From an uncultured Gammaproteobacteria bacterium (lineage in GTDB: Bacteria > Pseudomonadota > Gammaproteobacteria > Steroidobacterales > Rariloculaceae): a stretch of DNA of 64,000 bases. Positions 36,765 through 46,165 of the stretch are shown one piece after another; positions within the stretch are counted from its first letter, which is position 1; each line of letters begins with the position of its first letter. The notes under the pieces are model-generated. The model saw only the letters and a program-made list of their open reading frames with translations, was not told the origin of the DNA and did no database searches. Both the position numbers and the translations under genes were made by a program. Location: positions 5,391 through 69,390 of the forward strand of contig CAZKNH010000004.1 of assembly GCA_964553875.1 (NCBI GenBank). Direction: 5' to 3'.

Positions 36765-37882
36765 CGGGACCTCCCCGTGTTGCGAGAGCGCTCGGGCTCG
36801 GGCGGCGGCGTCGGCTCCGCCGGCGCGCTGCGCACCTCCTGTTGCGGCCGGGGCCTCGGCTGCGGGCTCGCGTCGCGCAGGTTGAGCAGCGGCAGCGGCG
36901 GAATCTGTCCGTCGCCGCGCACGACGACCACGGAGCCGATCTGCGGCAGGATCTCGTTCAATGCCTCGAGATAGAGGCGCGAGCGCGTCACGTCGGGCGC
37001 GTTGCGGTACTCCGCGAGGACCGCGCTGAAACGGGCCGCTTCGCCGAGCGCGCGGTTCACGCGCTCCGTCGCATAGCCCTCGGCCTCCGCGATCGTGCGC
37101 TGCGCGGTGCCCTGCGCGAGCGGGATCTGCTGATTCACCTGCCGGTTCGCCTCGTTGATCATTCGTTCGCGCTGCTGGCGTGCCTCGTTGACCTCGTTGA
37201 AGGCGGGCTGCACGCGCTCGGGCGGCACGACGTCCTGCAGCTCGACGGTGATCACCCTGATTCCGTTGTCGTACCGGTCCATCGCCTGCTGGATCTCGTC
37301 TCGGGCGGTGTTCGCGATGTCGACGCGGGCCGTCGTCAGCACCTCGCTGCCGACGCGATTACCGACGACGCGGCGCATCACCGACTCCGACAGGTCGCGC
37401 AGCGCCCGGGTAGGGTCCCGCATCGAGTACAGGAACTTGATCGGGTCCGCGATGCGGTACTGGACGACCCATTCGACCTGGATGATGTTGAGGTCGCCCG
37501 TGAGCATCAGCGACTCGTCCGGGATCGGGCCGGTGAACTGGCTGCGATCGAGCGCCGCGCTGTCGGCCGTGCGGAAGCCGAACTCCTGCTTCAGCACCCG
37601 CTCGGTCGCGACCTTCTGCACCGTGTCGATCCCGAACGGCAGCTTGAAGTGCAGCCCCGGCTGGGCGATGCCGTAGACGCGGCCGAAGCGCTTCAGGATC
37701 GCCTGCTCCTCCGGCTGCACCGTGAAGAACGACGTCAGAACACCAATTGCGACGACGGCGGCCGCAAGGCCTAAGAGCAGATACGTCGGCTTCGGCGGAC
37801 GCGGCCCGGCCGTGCCTCTGCGCTTCGGACGCTGGCCGATGCGGCTCAAGAGATCCGTAATCGGGTCGTCGTTCTGCTTCAT
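36761..37882 (-). CDS. hflK: Protease modulator HflK (SPFH/band 7)
   Basis: TM helix, then FTVQPEEQAILKRFGRVYGIAQPGLHFKLPFGIDTVQKV and LTGDLNIIQVEWVVQYRI. Start ATG 37882. Confidence 0.85.
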   Translation of the reverse strand: MKQNDDPITDLLSRIGQRPKRRGTAGPRPPKPTYLLLGLAAAVVAIGVLTSFFTVQPEEQAILKRFGRVYGIAQPGLHFKLPFGIDTVQKVATERVLKQEFGFRTADSAALDRSQFTGPIPDESLMLTGDLNIIQVEWVVQYRIADPIKFLYSMRDPTRALRDLSESVMRRVVGNRVGSEVLTTARVDIANTARDEIQQAMDRYDNGIRVITVELQDVVPPERVQPAFNEVNEARQQRERMINEANRQVNQQIPLAQGTAQRTIAEAEGYATERVNRALGEAARFSAVLAEYRNAPDVTRSRLYLEALNEILPQIGSVVVVRGDGQIPPLPLLNLRDASPQPRPRPQQEVRSAPAEPTPPPEPERSRNTGRSR

Positions 37883-38031
37883 GGGAAACTCCTTTTGCCA
37901 GAGCGGAAGTGTAGGCAAATCCGGGCTTCGTTGCCTCACCCGCGGAAGCGCCCAGGGTCGTGCCGGCTCGGCCGCCCGGGCTATGCTGACGGCGGCACGC
38001 GGAAATCTGCCGTTTCCGCGGAGGAGCGCGC

Positions 38032-38955
38032 ATGACGTCGAACGAGCGGCCCTTGGGCCCGCTGAGAACGGTGTTCGCCATTTTCGCGGACGCGTTCGCG
38101 TCGTTCATTGCGCACGAGCCGTTCAGGCTCGCCGCGGCGTTGTCGTACTACTCGCTGCTGTCGATGGCGCCGCTGCTCCTGATCGTGGTCGGCACGGCGG
38201 GCTTCGTCTTCGGCGAAGGCGTCGTGCGCGAGGAGCTCATCGAGCAGGTCCGCGCATTGACGGGGCAGGAGGGCGCGGCGCTCGTCCGCACCGTGATCGA
38301 CAACGCCGAGCGGCTCGAGCAGGACGTCTTCTCGATCCTGCTGGGCGGCGGACTGATGCTGTTCGGCGCGACGACGGTCTTCGCGCAGCTCCAGGGCGCG
38401 CTCAATCAGGTCTGGCAGGTGAAGGCCGCGCCGGGGAATGCCGTGCTCGGCTTCCTGCGCCATCGACTGTTGTCGTTCGCGCTGATTCTGAGCCTCGGTT
38501 TTCTGCTCATCGTGTCGTTGATCGCGAGCGCGATACTCGCGGCCTTGCAGGGATATCTCGATACGCTCGGCTTCGCGACGATCGGCTGGTGGCGCTTCGT
38601 CAACGCGGCGGTGTCGTTCGCGTTCGTGACGCTCTTGATCGCGATGATCTTCAAGTATCTGCCGGATGCGCTGATCGGCTGGCCGAACGTCTGGCTCGGC
38701 GCGCTCATCACGTCGCTGCTCCTGCTCGCGGGCCGCTACTTGATCGGGCTTTATCTCGGGCAGGCGAGCATTGGCTCGGTGTTCGGCGCCGCGGGCTCCG
38801 CGGTGGTCTTTCTGGTCTGGGTCTACTATGCGGCTCTGATCTTCTTCTTCGGCGCGGAGATCACGCGCACCGTCGCTCACTACAGGGGCCAGCACATCGA
38901 CCCGTCGGAGCATGCAGAGCCGGACGAGGAAGCTCGGCAGCAAGCGGAGCCCTGA
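38032..38955 (+). CDS. YihY/virulence factor BrkB family membrane protein
   Basis: FIAHEPFRLAAALSYYSLLSMAPLLLIVV, six predicted TM helices, C-terminal YYAALIFFFGAEITR. A GAGGAG SD lies upstream. Confidence 0.75.
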   Translation: MTSNERPLGPLRTVFAIFADAFASFIAHEPFRLAAALSYYSLLSMAPLLLIVVGTAGFVFGEGVVREELIEQVRALTGQEGAALVRTVIDNAERLEQDVFSILLGGGLMLFGATTVFAQLQGALNQVWQVKAAPGNAVLGFLRHRLLSFALILSLGFLLIVSLIASAILAALQGYLDTLGFATIGWWRFVNAAVSFAFVTLLIAMIFKYLPDALIGWPNVWLGALITSLLLLAGRYLIGLYLGQASIGSVFGAAGSAVVFLVWVYYAALIFFFGAEITRTVAHYRGQHIDPSEHAEPDEEARQQAEP

Positions 38956-38991
38956 TGCTCGTCCGTGACGCTGTGTGGATTCAGGTGATGC

Positions 38992-40914
38992 TCACCCGAC
39001 GCTCCCGAGGCCGGCGAGCACGTTCTCGATCGTCTTCAGATCGACAGGCTTCACGAGATGGTGCGCGAAACCCGCCTCGAACGAGCGCCTGCGATCCTCG
39101 ATCTGTCCCCAGCCGCTCAGCGCGATCATCGTCGTGTTCGCGCACGCGGGCATGCCTCGCAGCCGCACCGCGAGCTCGTAGCCGCTCACGTCGGGCAGCC
39201 CGATGTCGAGGAACGCGACGTCCGGCTCGAGCGCCGCGGCGGCCTCGACCGCGCCCCGAGCCTCGTGCGCGACCCGAACGTCGTGGCCGAGCGACTCGAG
39301 CAGGATCGCGAGGCTCGTCGCGAAATCGATATTGTCGTCGACGAGCAGGATGCGGTGCGGCCGTGCCGCGGCATCGGCTTCCGCCCGCTCCGCGGGCGCG
39401 GGCGGCTCCGCCGCATGCTTCGAGCTCGCGCGGGCCGGCAGCCGGACCTCGAACGTGCTGCCGCGGCCTGGTCCCGGGCTCGACGCCGTGATCGTGCCGC
39501 CGTGCAGCTCGACGAGGCGGCGCGCGAGCGCGAGGCCGACGCCGAGGCCGGATTGCGCGCGGCTCGTCTTGTCGCCGGGCGCCTGCGTGAACATCTCGAA
39601 AATCGTGCCGAGCGTGTCCTGCGACATGCCGATGCCGTTGTCGGTGATCGTGACCGTGACCTCGTCGCCGGCGAGGACGGCCGACAGCCCGATCCGTCCT
39701 CCCCGGGGCGTGTACTTCGCGGAATTGTTGAGCAGATTGGAAAACACCTGTGACAGACGCATCGCGTCGCCGTCGAGGTATACGGGCTCGCGCGGCAGCG
39801 TGACATCGAGCCGATGTCCGCGTGCGTCGACGACCGGCCGCACGGTGTCGAGCGCGCTCTCGATGATGCCGGCGAGCTCGACCTCGCTCATGTGGATCGT
39901 CAGCTTGCCGCGCGTGATCCTCGATACGTCGAGCAGGTCATCCACGAGGCGCACCATGTGGTCGAGCTGCCGCTCGATGATGTCGCGCGCGTGCTGTGCC
40001 TCGGGGCCGAGCCTCGACACGTCGATCATGTCGAGCGCGTTGACCATCGGCGCGAGGGGATTGCGCAGCTCGTGAGCGAGCGTCGCGAGGAACTCGTCCT
40101 TGCGCCGGTCGGCGATCCTGAGCGCCGCCTCTGCGCTGCGGCGTTCCTCGGTCTCCTCGCGCAGGCGGCGGTTCGTCGCCTCGAGCGCCTCGGTCATCCT
40201 GCCGACCTCGCCGAGCATCGCGTTGAACGAGTCGACGAGGACGCCGATCTCGTCGTTCGTCGATTTTTCCGCCCGATGCGCGAAGTCACGTTGCTCGATG
40301 ACCTTGCGCGCGACCGCGCTCACGGCGAGCACCGGCGCGGTGATGCTGCGCTGGAGCTGCAGCGAGATGAAGCCCGCGACGATGAGGCTCAACAGCATCA
40401 CGGCGCCGAGAATCAGCAGATAATCCTGGATGCGGCCGCCGAGGTCGTAGCGGGCGCGCAGGAATACCATTCCGATCCGCTCGTTCTCGAAGATGACCGG
40501 CACGAGCAGCTCGGTCACGCCGCCCTCGAAGCGCACGACGCTTCCGGAGCGGCTGCGGAGCTCCCGGGGCGGCTCACTCGGCGGCTTGCCGATGTCGCCG
40601 CGGTCGGCCCTTTCGTACGCCGCGAAGAGCTCCCCGTCCGCGGAGTAGATCGCGCCGGCCAGGATGTCCGGACGGATCGTCAACGGCGACAGGCTTTGCT
40701 CGGCGAGCTCGCGGTCGTCGTATAGCAACGCGACGGTGTTCGCGTCGGCGAGGAACGCCGCCTGTGTGCGGATGTCCGCGATAACGCTCTGCCGATAACG
40801 GCGGATGTCGTAGCTCAGGAGCGCGGCGCTCGCGACGAGCAACGCGGCGAGTGTCGTCGCCAGGATGACGGCCACCAGCTTGAATCGGACCGAGCGGTTG
40901 ATGAGCGAGAACAT
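38992..40914 (-). CDS. Hybrid sensor histidine kinase/response regulator (periplasmic sensor, possibly CHASE8-like; HAMP, HisKA, HATPase_c, REC)
   Basis: H-box FLATLAHELRNPLAP, N-box LLNNSAKYT, G-boxes DNGIGM and GLGVGLALARRLVELHGG. C-terminal receiver RILLVDDNIDF..DVAFLDIGLPDVSGYE..LVKP. Confidence 0.85.
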   Translation of the reverse strand: MFSLINRSVRFKLVAVILATTLAALLVASAALLSYDIRRYRQSVIADIRTQAAFLADANTVALLYDDRELAEQSLSPLTIRPDILAGAIYSADGELFAAYERADRGDIGKPPSEPPRELRSRSGSVVRFEGGVTELLVPVIFENERIGMVFLRARYDLGGRIQDYLLILGAVMLLSLIVAGFISLQLQRSITAPVLAVSAVARKVIEQRDFAHRAEKSTNDEIGVLVDSFNAMLGEVGRMTEALEATNRRLREETEERRSAEAALRIADRRKDEFLATLAHELRNPLAPMVNALDMIDVSRLGPEAQHARDIIERQLDHMVRLVDDLLDVSRITRGKLTIHMSEVELAGIIESALDTVRPVVDARGHRLDVTLPREPVYLDGDAMRLSQVFSNLLNNSAKYTPRGGRIGLSAVLAGDEVTVTITDNGIGMSQDTLGTIFEMFTQAPGDKTSRAQSGLGVGLALARRLVELHGGTITASSPGPGRGSTFEVRLPARASSKHAAEPPAPAERAEADAAARPHRILLVDDNIDFATSLAILLESLGHDVRVAHEARGAVEAAAALEPDVAFLDIGLPDVSGYELAVRLRGMPACANTTMIALSGWGQIEDRRRSFEAGFAHHLVKPVDLKTIENVLAGLGSVG

Positions 40915-41044
40915 GAAGGCGGGCCGCTAGCTCCGGGTTTCCACATCGGTATTGAATCCGAACCGAGCGCACTCTTGTGAACCCGGGACGCTACGGTAGC
41001 CGCCGCTTCGGTGCGCCCCGCACGACGTGCACGGGGCGCAGAGG

Positions 41045-41614
41045 TCAATCGTCGTCGACGATCCGCTGCAGCGTGCGCGCGAGGTGGTCGACCATTCCGT
41101 CATCGGGCGCTCCATTCGACGGCGTGCAGCCGATCGCCAACATTGTTGCAGCGCCCATCAATATAGATCCAGCGAGCCACGCTTTTTCTGCCGCCGACTC
41201 GCCGCCGACCCACGCCGTGAACGGCACGATGAACTGGCTCTCGATGCGCTCGCGGACGAGCTTGCTCGCCACCGGCGACGTGCTCGAGCGAATCGCGAGC
41301 TGCACGAACGCCAGACGATCCGGCCGGCAGTCGGTCGGACGGAGCAGCGCCTCGGCGACGCGCTTGCCGAAGCTCGCGCGCTCGCCCGCGATGATTTCCA
41401 TAGGATCGCGCCCCGTGGTGGCGAGGACCTCGGCGAACAGACGTTCCTTACCGCCGAAGTAGCGGCAGATGAGCGCCGGGTCGACGCCGGCATCGGCCGC
41501 GATCGCGCGCAGGCCCGCGTGATCGTAGCCGTCGAGCATGAAGCGTTGCCGTGCGGCGGCAAGGATCGCTTCGCGCGTGTTCGCCGCGTTGCGCTGTTTG
41601 ACCGGAAGCGACAT
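41045..41614 (-). CDS. TetR/AcrR family transcriptional regulator
   Basis: N-terminal HTH TREAILAAARQRFMLDGYDHAGLRAIAADAGVDPALICRYFGGKERLF. Divergent from the RND operon. Confidence 0.85.
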   Translation of the reverse strand: MSLPVKQRNAANTREAILAAARQRFMLDGYDHAGLRAIAADAGVDPALICRYFGGKERLFAEVLATTGRDPMEIIAGERASFGKRVAEALLRPTDCRPDRLAFVQLAIRSSTSPVASKLVRERIESQFIVPFTAWVGGESAAEKAWLAGSILMGAATMLAIGCTPSNGAPDDGMVDHLARTLQRIVDDD

Positions 41615-41635
41615 AAGCGTTCTCCGCCGACACGA

Positions 41636-41647
41636 TACCGGACGGTA
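41636..41647. promoter_or_regulatory. Short palindrome in the tetR/RND intergenic region (possible operator half-sites)
   Basis: TACCG-GA-CGGTA at 41636-41647. Too short to be more than a candidate. Confidence 0.2.
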
Positions 41648-41670
41648 CGGAAATCGGCACGTGGGCTGCG

Positions 41671-41699
41671 TTGACAGAGGCTAACAGTGCGGATCTAAT
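41671..41699 (+). promoter_or_regulatory. Candidate sigma-70 promoter of the RND efflux operon
   Basis: TTGACA (41671-41676), 17-nt spacer, TCTAAT (41694-41699), about 80 nt upstream of ATG 41779. Confidence 0.45.
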
Positions 41700-41778
41700 A
41701 AGTCACCATCTGTTGACACGCGACCCGCGGCGACGCCGCCGGTCGCGTTTCTCGCTCTGGAAGCAAGGACGACCATCC

Positions 41779-42954
41779 ATGCGCTTTCTCCGTTTCCTTC
41801 CGGCGCTCGCCGCGGCCGGCGTGCTGTGCGGCTGCGACGAGGCTCCGCCGGCGCAAGCCGTCATGGTGCCGCAGGTTACCGCAGCCGAGCCGCTCGTCCG
41901 CACGATCGTCGATTGGGACGAGTTCGTCGGCCGCTTCGAGCCGGTGGAGCACGTCGAGGTGCGCCCGCGCGTGTCGGGTTATCTGGTCGAAGCGCATTTC
42001 GAAGAGGGACAGCGGGTCGAGCGGGGCCAGCTGCTCTTCACGATCGATCCGCGGCCGTTCGAGGCGCGGAGAGACGAGGCACGGGGACGCGCCGCGGCGG
42101 CGAGCGCGCGCGTCGAGAACGCGCGCACCGAGCTCGAGCGGGCCCGCGGTCTCGTCGACATCGGGGCGGTCAGCAAGGAGGAGATCGAGGCGCTCGAGGC
42201 GGCCGTCCGCACCGCGGAGGCCGAGCTCACGGCGGCGCGCGCCGCCGTGCGCGCCGCGGAGCTCGACGTCGAGTTCACGAAGGTCGTCGCACCGATCTCG
42301 GGCAGGGTCTCGTATCGGCGCGTCGATCCCGGCAACGCCGTGCGCGCGGACGAGACGGTGCTGACGACCGTCGTCTCGATCGACCCGATTCATTTCGTTT
42401 TTCAGGGATCCGAGGCGCTGTATCTCAAGTACAAGCGCGCGGAGATCGAAGGGCGGCGCGTCGCGAGGATCAGGCTGCAGGACGAGCGCGACTATCGCTG
42501 GGTCGGCGAGCTCGACTTCCTCGATAACTCGCTCGACACGGGCTCGGGGACGATCCGCGGCCGCGCGGTCGTGCCGAATCCCGACGGCTTCCTGACGCCC
42601 GGCATGTTCGGACACATGCTGCTGCAGGCGTCGCGCGAGTACTCGGGCGTGCTGCTGCCGGACAGCGCGATCGCGACGCGCGGCGCGGACCGGATCGTCT
42701 ACGTCGTCGACGACGATGGCCTCGTATCCGCGCGGAAAATCGAGCTCGGCGGCCTCCACGACGGGCTGCGCGTGATCCGCTCGGGGCTCGCGGCGCGCGA
42801 TCGCGTCGTCGTCGACGGACAGCAGCGCGTGCGGCCCGGACAGAGCGTCGCGGTCGTGCTCGCGCGGCTCGAGGCGCCCGGTCCCGACGGCGCGCCCGTA
42901 GCGATCGTGCCCGTCGGCGTCGAGCCCGAGGTCACCGCCGCCGACGCGCGCTGA
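41779..42954 (+). CDS. Efflux RND transporter periplasmic adaptor subunit (MFP)
   Basis: Lipoprotein signal MRFLRFLPALAAAGVLCGC. GRFEPVEHVEVRPRVSGYLVEAHFEEGQRVERGQLLFTIDPRPF, coiled-coil hairpin, FTKVVAPISGRVS. Confidence 0.85.
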   Translation: MRFLRFLPALAAAGVLCGCDEAPPAQAVMVPQVTAAEPLVRTIVDWDEFVGRFEPVEHVEVRPRVSGYLVEAHFEEGQRVERGQLLFTIDPRPFEARRDEARGRAAAASARVENARTELERARGLVDIGAVSKEEIEALEAAVRTAEAELTAARAAVRAAELDVEFTKVVAPISGRVSYRRVDPGNAVRADETVLTTVVSIDPIHFVFQGSEALYLKYKRAEIEGRRVARIRLQDERDYRWVGELDFLDNSLDTGSGTIRGRAVVPNPDGFLTPGMFGHMLLQASREYSGVLLPDSAIATRGADRIVYVVDDDGLVSARKIELGGLHDGLRVIRSGLAARDRVVVDGQQRVRPGQSVAVVLARLEAPGPDGAPVAIVPVGVEPEVTAADAR

Positions 42955-43006
42955 GCGTCGGCGCCTTCTCTGCGATCTCCGATCCCTCAGCGAGGCTTTC
43001 TCGCCC

Positions 43007-46000
43007 ATGCGTCTAGCGCATTTCTTCGTCGACCGCCCGATCTTCGCGACGGTGATCGCGATCGTGATCACGCTCGTCGGCGCGTTCTCGTATCCGCTCC
43101 TGCCCGTCGCGCAGTTTCCGCAGATCGCGCCGCCGACGATCAGCGTCGCCGTGACCTATCCCGGCGCATCCGCGGAAATCGTGTCCGAGACCGTCCTCGC
43201 GCCGCTCGAGCAGCAGATCAACGGCGTCGAGAACATGCTGTACATGACGTCGACCGCGGTTGCGAACGGCCAGTCGCAGATCCTCATCGCGTTCGAGCAG
43301 GGGACCGACCTCGATACGGCGCAGGTCCAGGTGCAGAACCGTGTCGCAGTCGCGGAGCCGCGTCTCCCGGAGCAGGTGCGCGCGCTCGGCGTGGTCGTCT
43401 CGAAGCAGGCGCCGGGCTTTCTGATGCTCGTCACGATGAAGTCGTCCGATCCCGACGTCGGCCTCGATTACATGGGCAACTGGGCGAACACGGTCGTGCG
43501 CGACCGCCTGTTGCGCATCGACGGCGTCGGCGACGTGCGCGTGTTCGGCGGCGGCGACTACGCGATGCGGATCTGGATCGACCCCGACCGCGCGGCCGCG
43601 CGCAATCTCACGGCGATGGAGATCGTGCAGGCGGTCCGGACGCAGAACGTGCAGGTCGCGGCCGGCTCGATCGGCCAGGCGCCGATGGACAAGCACGCGG
43701 CCGCGTTCCTGCTGCCGATCCAGATGCAGGGGCGGCTCGAGGACCCGGCCGAATTCGAGGACGTGATCATCAAGGTCGACGCGAACGGCGCCGTCACGCG
43801 GCTCAAGGACGTCGGCCGCGCGGAGCTGACCCGTCAGGACTTCTCCGTCAGCGCGTACTCGAGCGGAGGGCTTCCGACGATCGGCATGGCGATCATCGCG
43901 CAGCCCGAGTCGAACGAGCTCGCGGCGGCGAACGCGGTGCTCGCCGAGCTCGAGTCGATGCTGCCCGAGTTCCCTCCGGGCGTGACCTACAGCGTCCCGT
44001 ACAACCCGACCGAGTTCGTCGAGGCGTCGATCGGCGCCGTGCAGCAGACGCTCTTCGAGGCGGTGCTGCTCGTCGTCGTCGTGATCGTCGTGTTCCTGCA
44101 GACGTGGCGTGCCGCGATCATTCCGATCGTCGTGATCCCGGTCGCCCTGATCGGTGCGATGGCCGCGCTGCTCGTGCTCGGCTACTCGCTGAACTCCCTC
44201 GCGCTCTTCGCGCTCGTGCTCGCGGTCGGCATCGTCGTCGACGACGCGATCGTCGTCGTCGAGAACGTCGAGCGGAACATCCGTGCGGGGCTCACGCCGC
44301 GCGAGGCCGCGCACCGGACGATGGACGAGGTGTCCGGTGCGCTGATCGCGATCGGTCTCGTGCTGCTGTCGGTGTTCATCCCGACGGCGTTCGTCTCCGG
44401 CATCCCGGGGCTCTTCTACCGGCAGTTCGCGGTGACGATCTCGGCTGCGGCGGTGATCTCGCTGTTCCTGTCGCTGACGCTGACGCCGGCGATGGCGGCC
44501 GTGCTGCTCCGTCCGCACGCGGCGGGCGACGCGCACGAGGCGCACGGCCCGCGCTGGCTCGTGCCGCTCCGTCGCGCGGGCGCCGCGTTCAACCATTACT
44601 TCGACCGGCTGGGTGAGCGGTACGGGTGGCTGACCGCGAGAACGGTCCGCCACGCCGCGATGATGCTCGTGATCTATGCGGGGCTTCTCGCGATCACCGG
44701 CTGGCGCTTCGCCGCGACGCCGAGCGGCTTCATCCCGGAGCAGGACCAGGGTGCGCTGATCGGCGTGATCACGCTGCCGCCGGGCGCGGCATCCGCACGC
44801 ACGAACGAGATCATGCAGCAGGCGATGGCGATCGTCGAAGACCTGCCCGGCATCGACGAGGTCGTCGCGTTCTCCGGCTTTAACGCGGCGAGCTCGTCGC
44901 TCGAGTCGAACTCGGGCGCGCTGTTCGCGCGGCTCGCTCCGTTCGAGGAGCGCGAGCGTAACGGCGTGACCGCGGTGGGCCTGAGCCAGGTGCTGACGCA
45001 GCGGCTCGCCGAGATTCAGGGCGCGTCGATCGTCGTGATCCCGCCGCCGACGGTGCAGGGCATGGGCAACGGCGGCGGCTGGCGCATGATGATCCAGGAC
45101 CGCACCGGCGCGAACTACGACGCCCTCGAGGCGGCCGCGAACGATCTCGTCGCCGCGGCCGCGGAGCGGCCCGAGATCGTCGGCGCGTTCAGCCAGTTCA
45201 GCACCGGCGCGCCGCGTCTCTTCGCCGAGCTCGACCGCGACAAGGCACAGCTCTTGGGGGTTCATCCCGCCGACGTCTACAGCACGATGAACGTGTACCT
45301 CGGGTCGATGTACGTGAACGACCTGAACCTGTTCGGCCGCACGTATCAGGTCATCGCGCAGGCCGAGCCGACGCACCGCAACGACCGCAACGACATCATG
45401 AATCTCCGCGTGCGCTCGGCGTTCGGCGAGATGGTGCCGCTCGCGTCGGTCGTCGAGCTTAAGGAAGACTCGGGCGCGACGCGCGTGATCCGCCACAACC
45501 TGTTCCCGACCGCGGACATCCGCGGGCAGGCCGCGCCGGGCTACTCGTCCGCGCAGGCGCTCGACGCCATGGAGGAGCTCGCGGCCGAGCGGCTGCCGGC
45601 GGGCATGAGCTTCGAATGGACCGACATCGCGTTCCAGGAGCGGCTCGCCGGCAACACGGGCATCCTCGTGTTCGGGCTCGCCGTGGTGTTCGCGTTCCTC
45701 GTGCTCGCGGCGCAGTACGAGGCGTTCATGCTGCCCTTGTCCGTGATCCTGATCGTGCCGATGTGTCTCCTCGCGGCGATCCTCGGCGTGAACCTGCGCG
45801 GCATGGACGTGAACATCCTGACGCAGATCGGCCTCGTCGTGCTGATCGCGCTCGCGGCGAAGAACGCGATTCTGATCGTCGAGTTCGCGCGCCAGTACGA
45901 GGAGCGGGACGGCATGTCGCGCTTCGATGCGGCCATCGCCGCGGCGCGCACGCGGCTTCGCCCGATCCTGATGACCTCGTTCGCGTTCATCCTCGGCGTG

Positions 46001-46165
46001 CTGCCCCTTGCGATCGCGGAAGGGCCGGGCAAGGAGATGCGCCAGGCGCTCGGGACGGCCGTGTTCTTCGGCATGATCGGCGTGACCGTGTTCGGCCTGA
46101 TCTTCACGCCGGTCTTCTACGTCGTCTGCCGCAAGCTCGCGACGCTCAAGGGGAGGGCGGCATGA
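43007..46165 (+). CDS. Efflux RND transporter permease (HAE1, AcrB/MexB-like)
   Basis: MRLAHFFVDRPIFATVIAIVITLVGAFSYPLLPVAQFPQIAPPTISV, 12-TM architecture, 1052 aa, GIVVDDAIVVVENVERN. Confidence 0.9.
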   Translation: MRLAHFFVDRPIFATVIAIVITLVGAFSYPLLPVAQFPQIAPPTISVAVTYPGASAEIVSETVLAPLEQQINGVENMLYMTSTAVANGQSQILIAFEQGTDLDTAQVQVQNRVAVAEPRLPEQVRALGVVVSKQAPGFLMLVTMKSSDPDVGLDYMGNWANTVVRDRLLRIDGVGDVRVFGGGDYAMRIWIDPDRAAARNLTAMEIVQAVRTQNVQVAAGSIGQAPMDKHAAAFLLPIQMQGRLEDPAEFEDVIIKVDANGAVTRLKDVGRAELTRQDFSVSAYSSGGLPTIGMAIIAQPESNELAAANAVLAELESMLPEFPPGVTYSVPYNPTEFVEASIGAVQQTLFEAVLLVVVVIVVFLQTWRAAIIPIVVIPVALIGAMAALLVLGYSLNSLALFALVLAVGIVVDDAIVVVENVERNIRAGLTPREAAHRTMDEVSGALIAIGLVLLSVFIPTAFVSGIPGLFYRQFAVTISAAAVISLFLSLTLTPAMAAVLLRPHAAGDAHEAHGPRWLVPLRRAGAAFNHYFDRLGERYGWLTARTVRHAAMMLVIYAGLLAITGWRFAATPSGFIPEQDQGALIGVITLPPGAASARTNEIMQQAMAIVEDLPGIDEVVAFSGFNAASSSLESNSGALFARLAPFEERERNGVTAVGLSQVLTQRLAEIQGASIVVIPPPTVQGMGNGGGWRMMIQDRTGANYDALEAAANDLVAAAAERPEIVGAFSQFSTGAPRLFAELDRDKAQLLGVHPADVYSTMNVYLGSMYVNDLNLFGRTYQVIAQAEPTHRNDRNDIMNLRVRSAFGEMVPLASVVELKEDSGATRVIRHNLFPTADIRGQAAPGYSSAQALDAMEELAAERLPAGMSFEWTDIAFQERLAGNTGILVFGLAVVFAFLVLAAQYEAFMLPLSVILIVPMCLLAAILGVNLRGMDVNILTQIGLVVLIALAAKNAILIVEFARQYEERDGMSRFDAAIAAARTRLRPILMTSFAFILGVLPLAIAEGPGKEMRQALGTAVFFGMIGVTVFGLIFTPVFYVVCRKLATLKGRAA

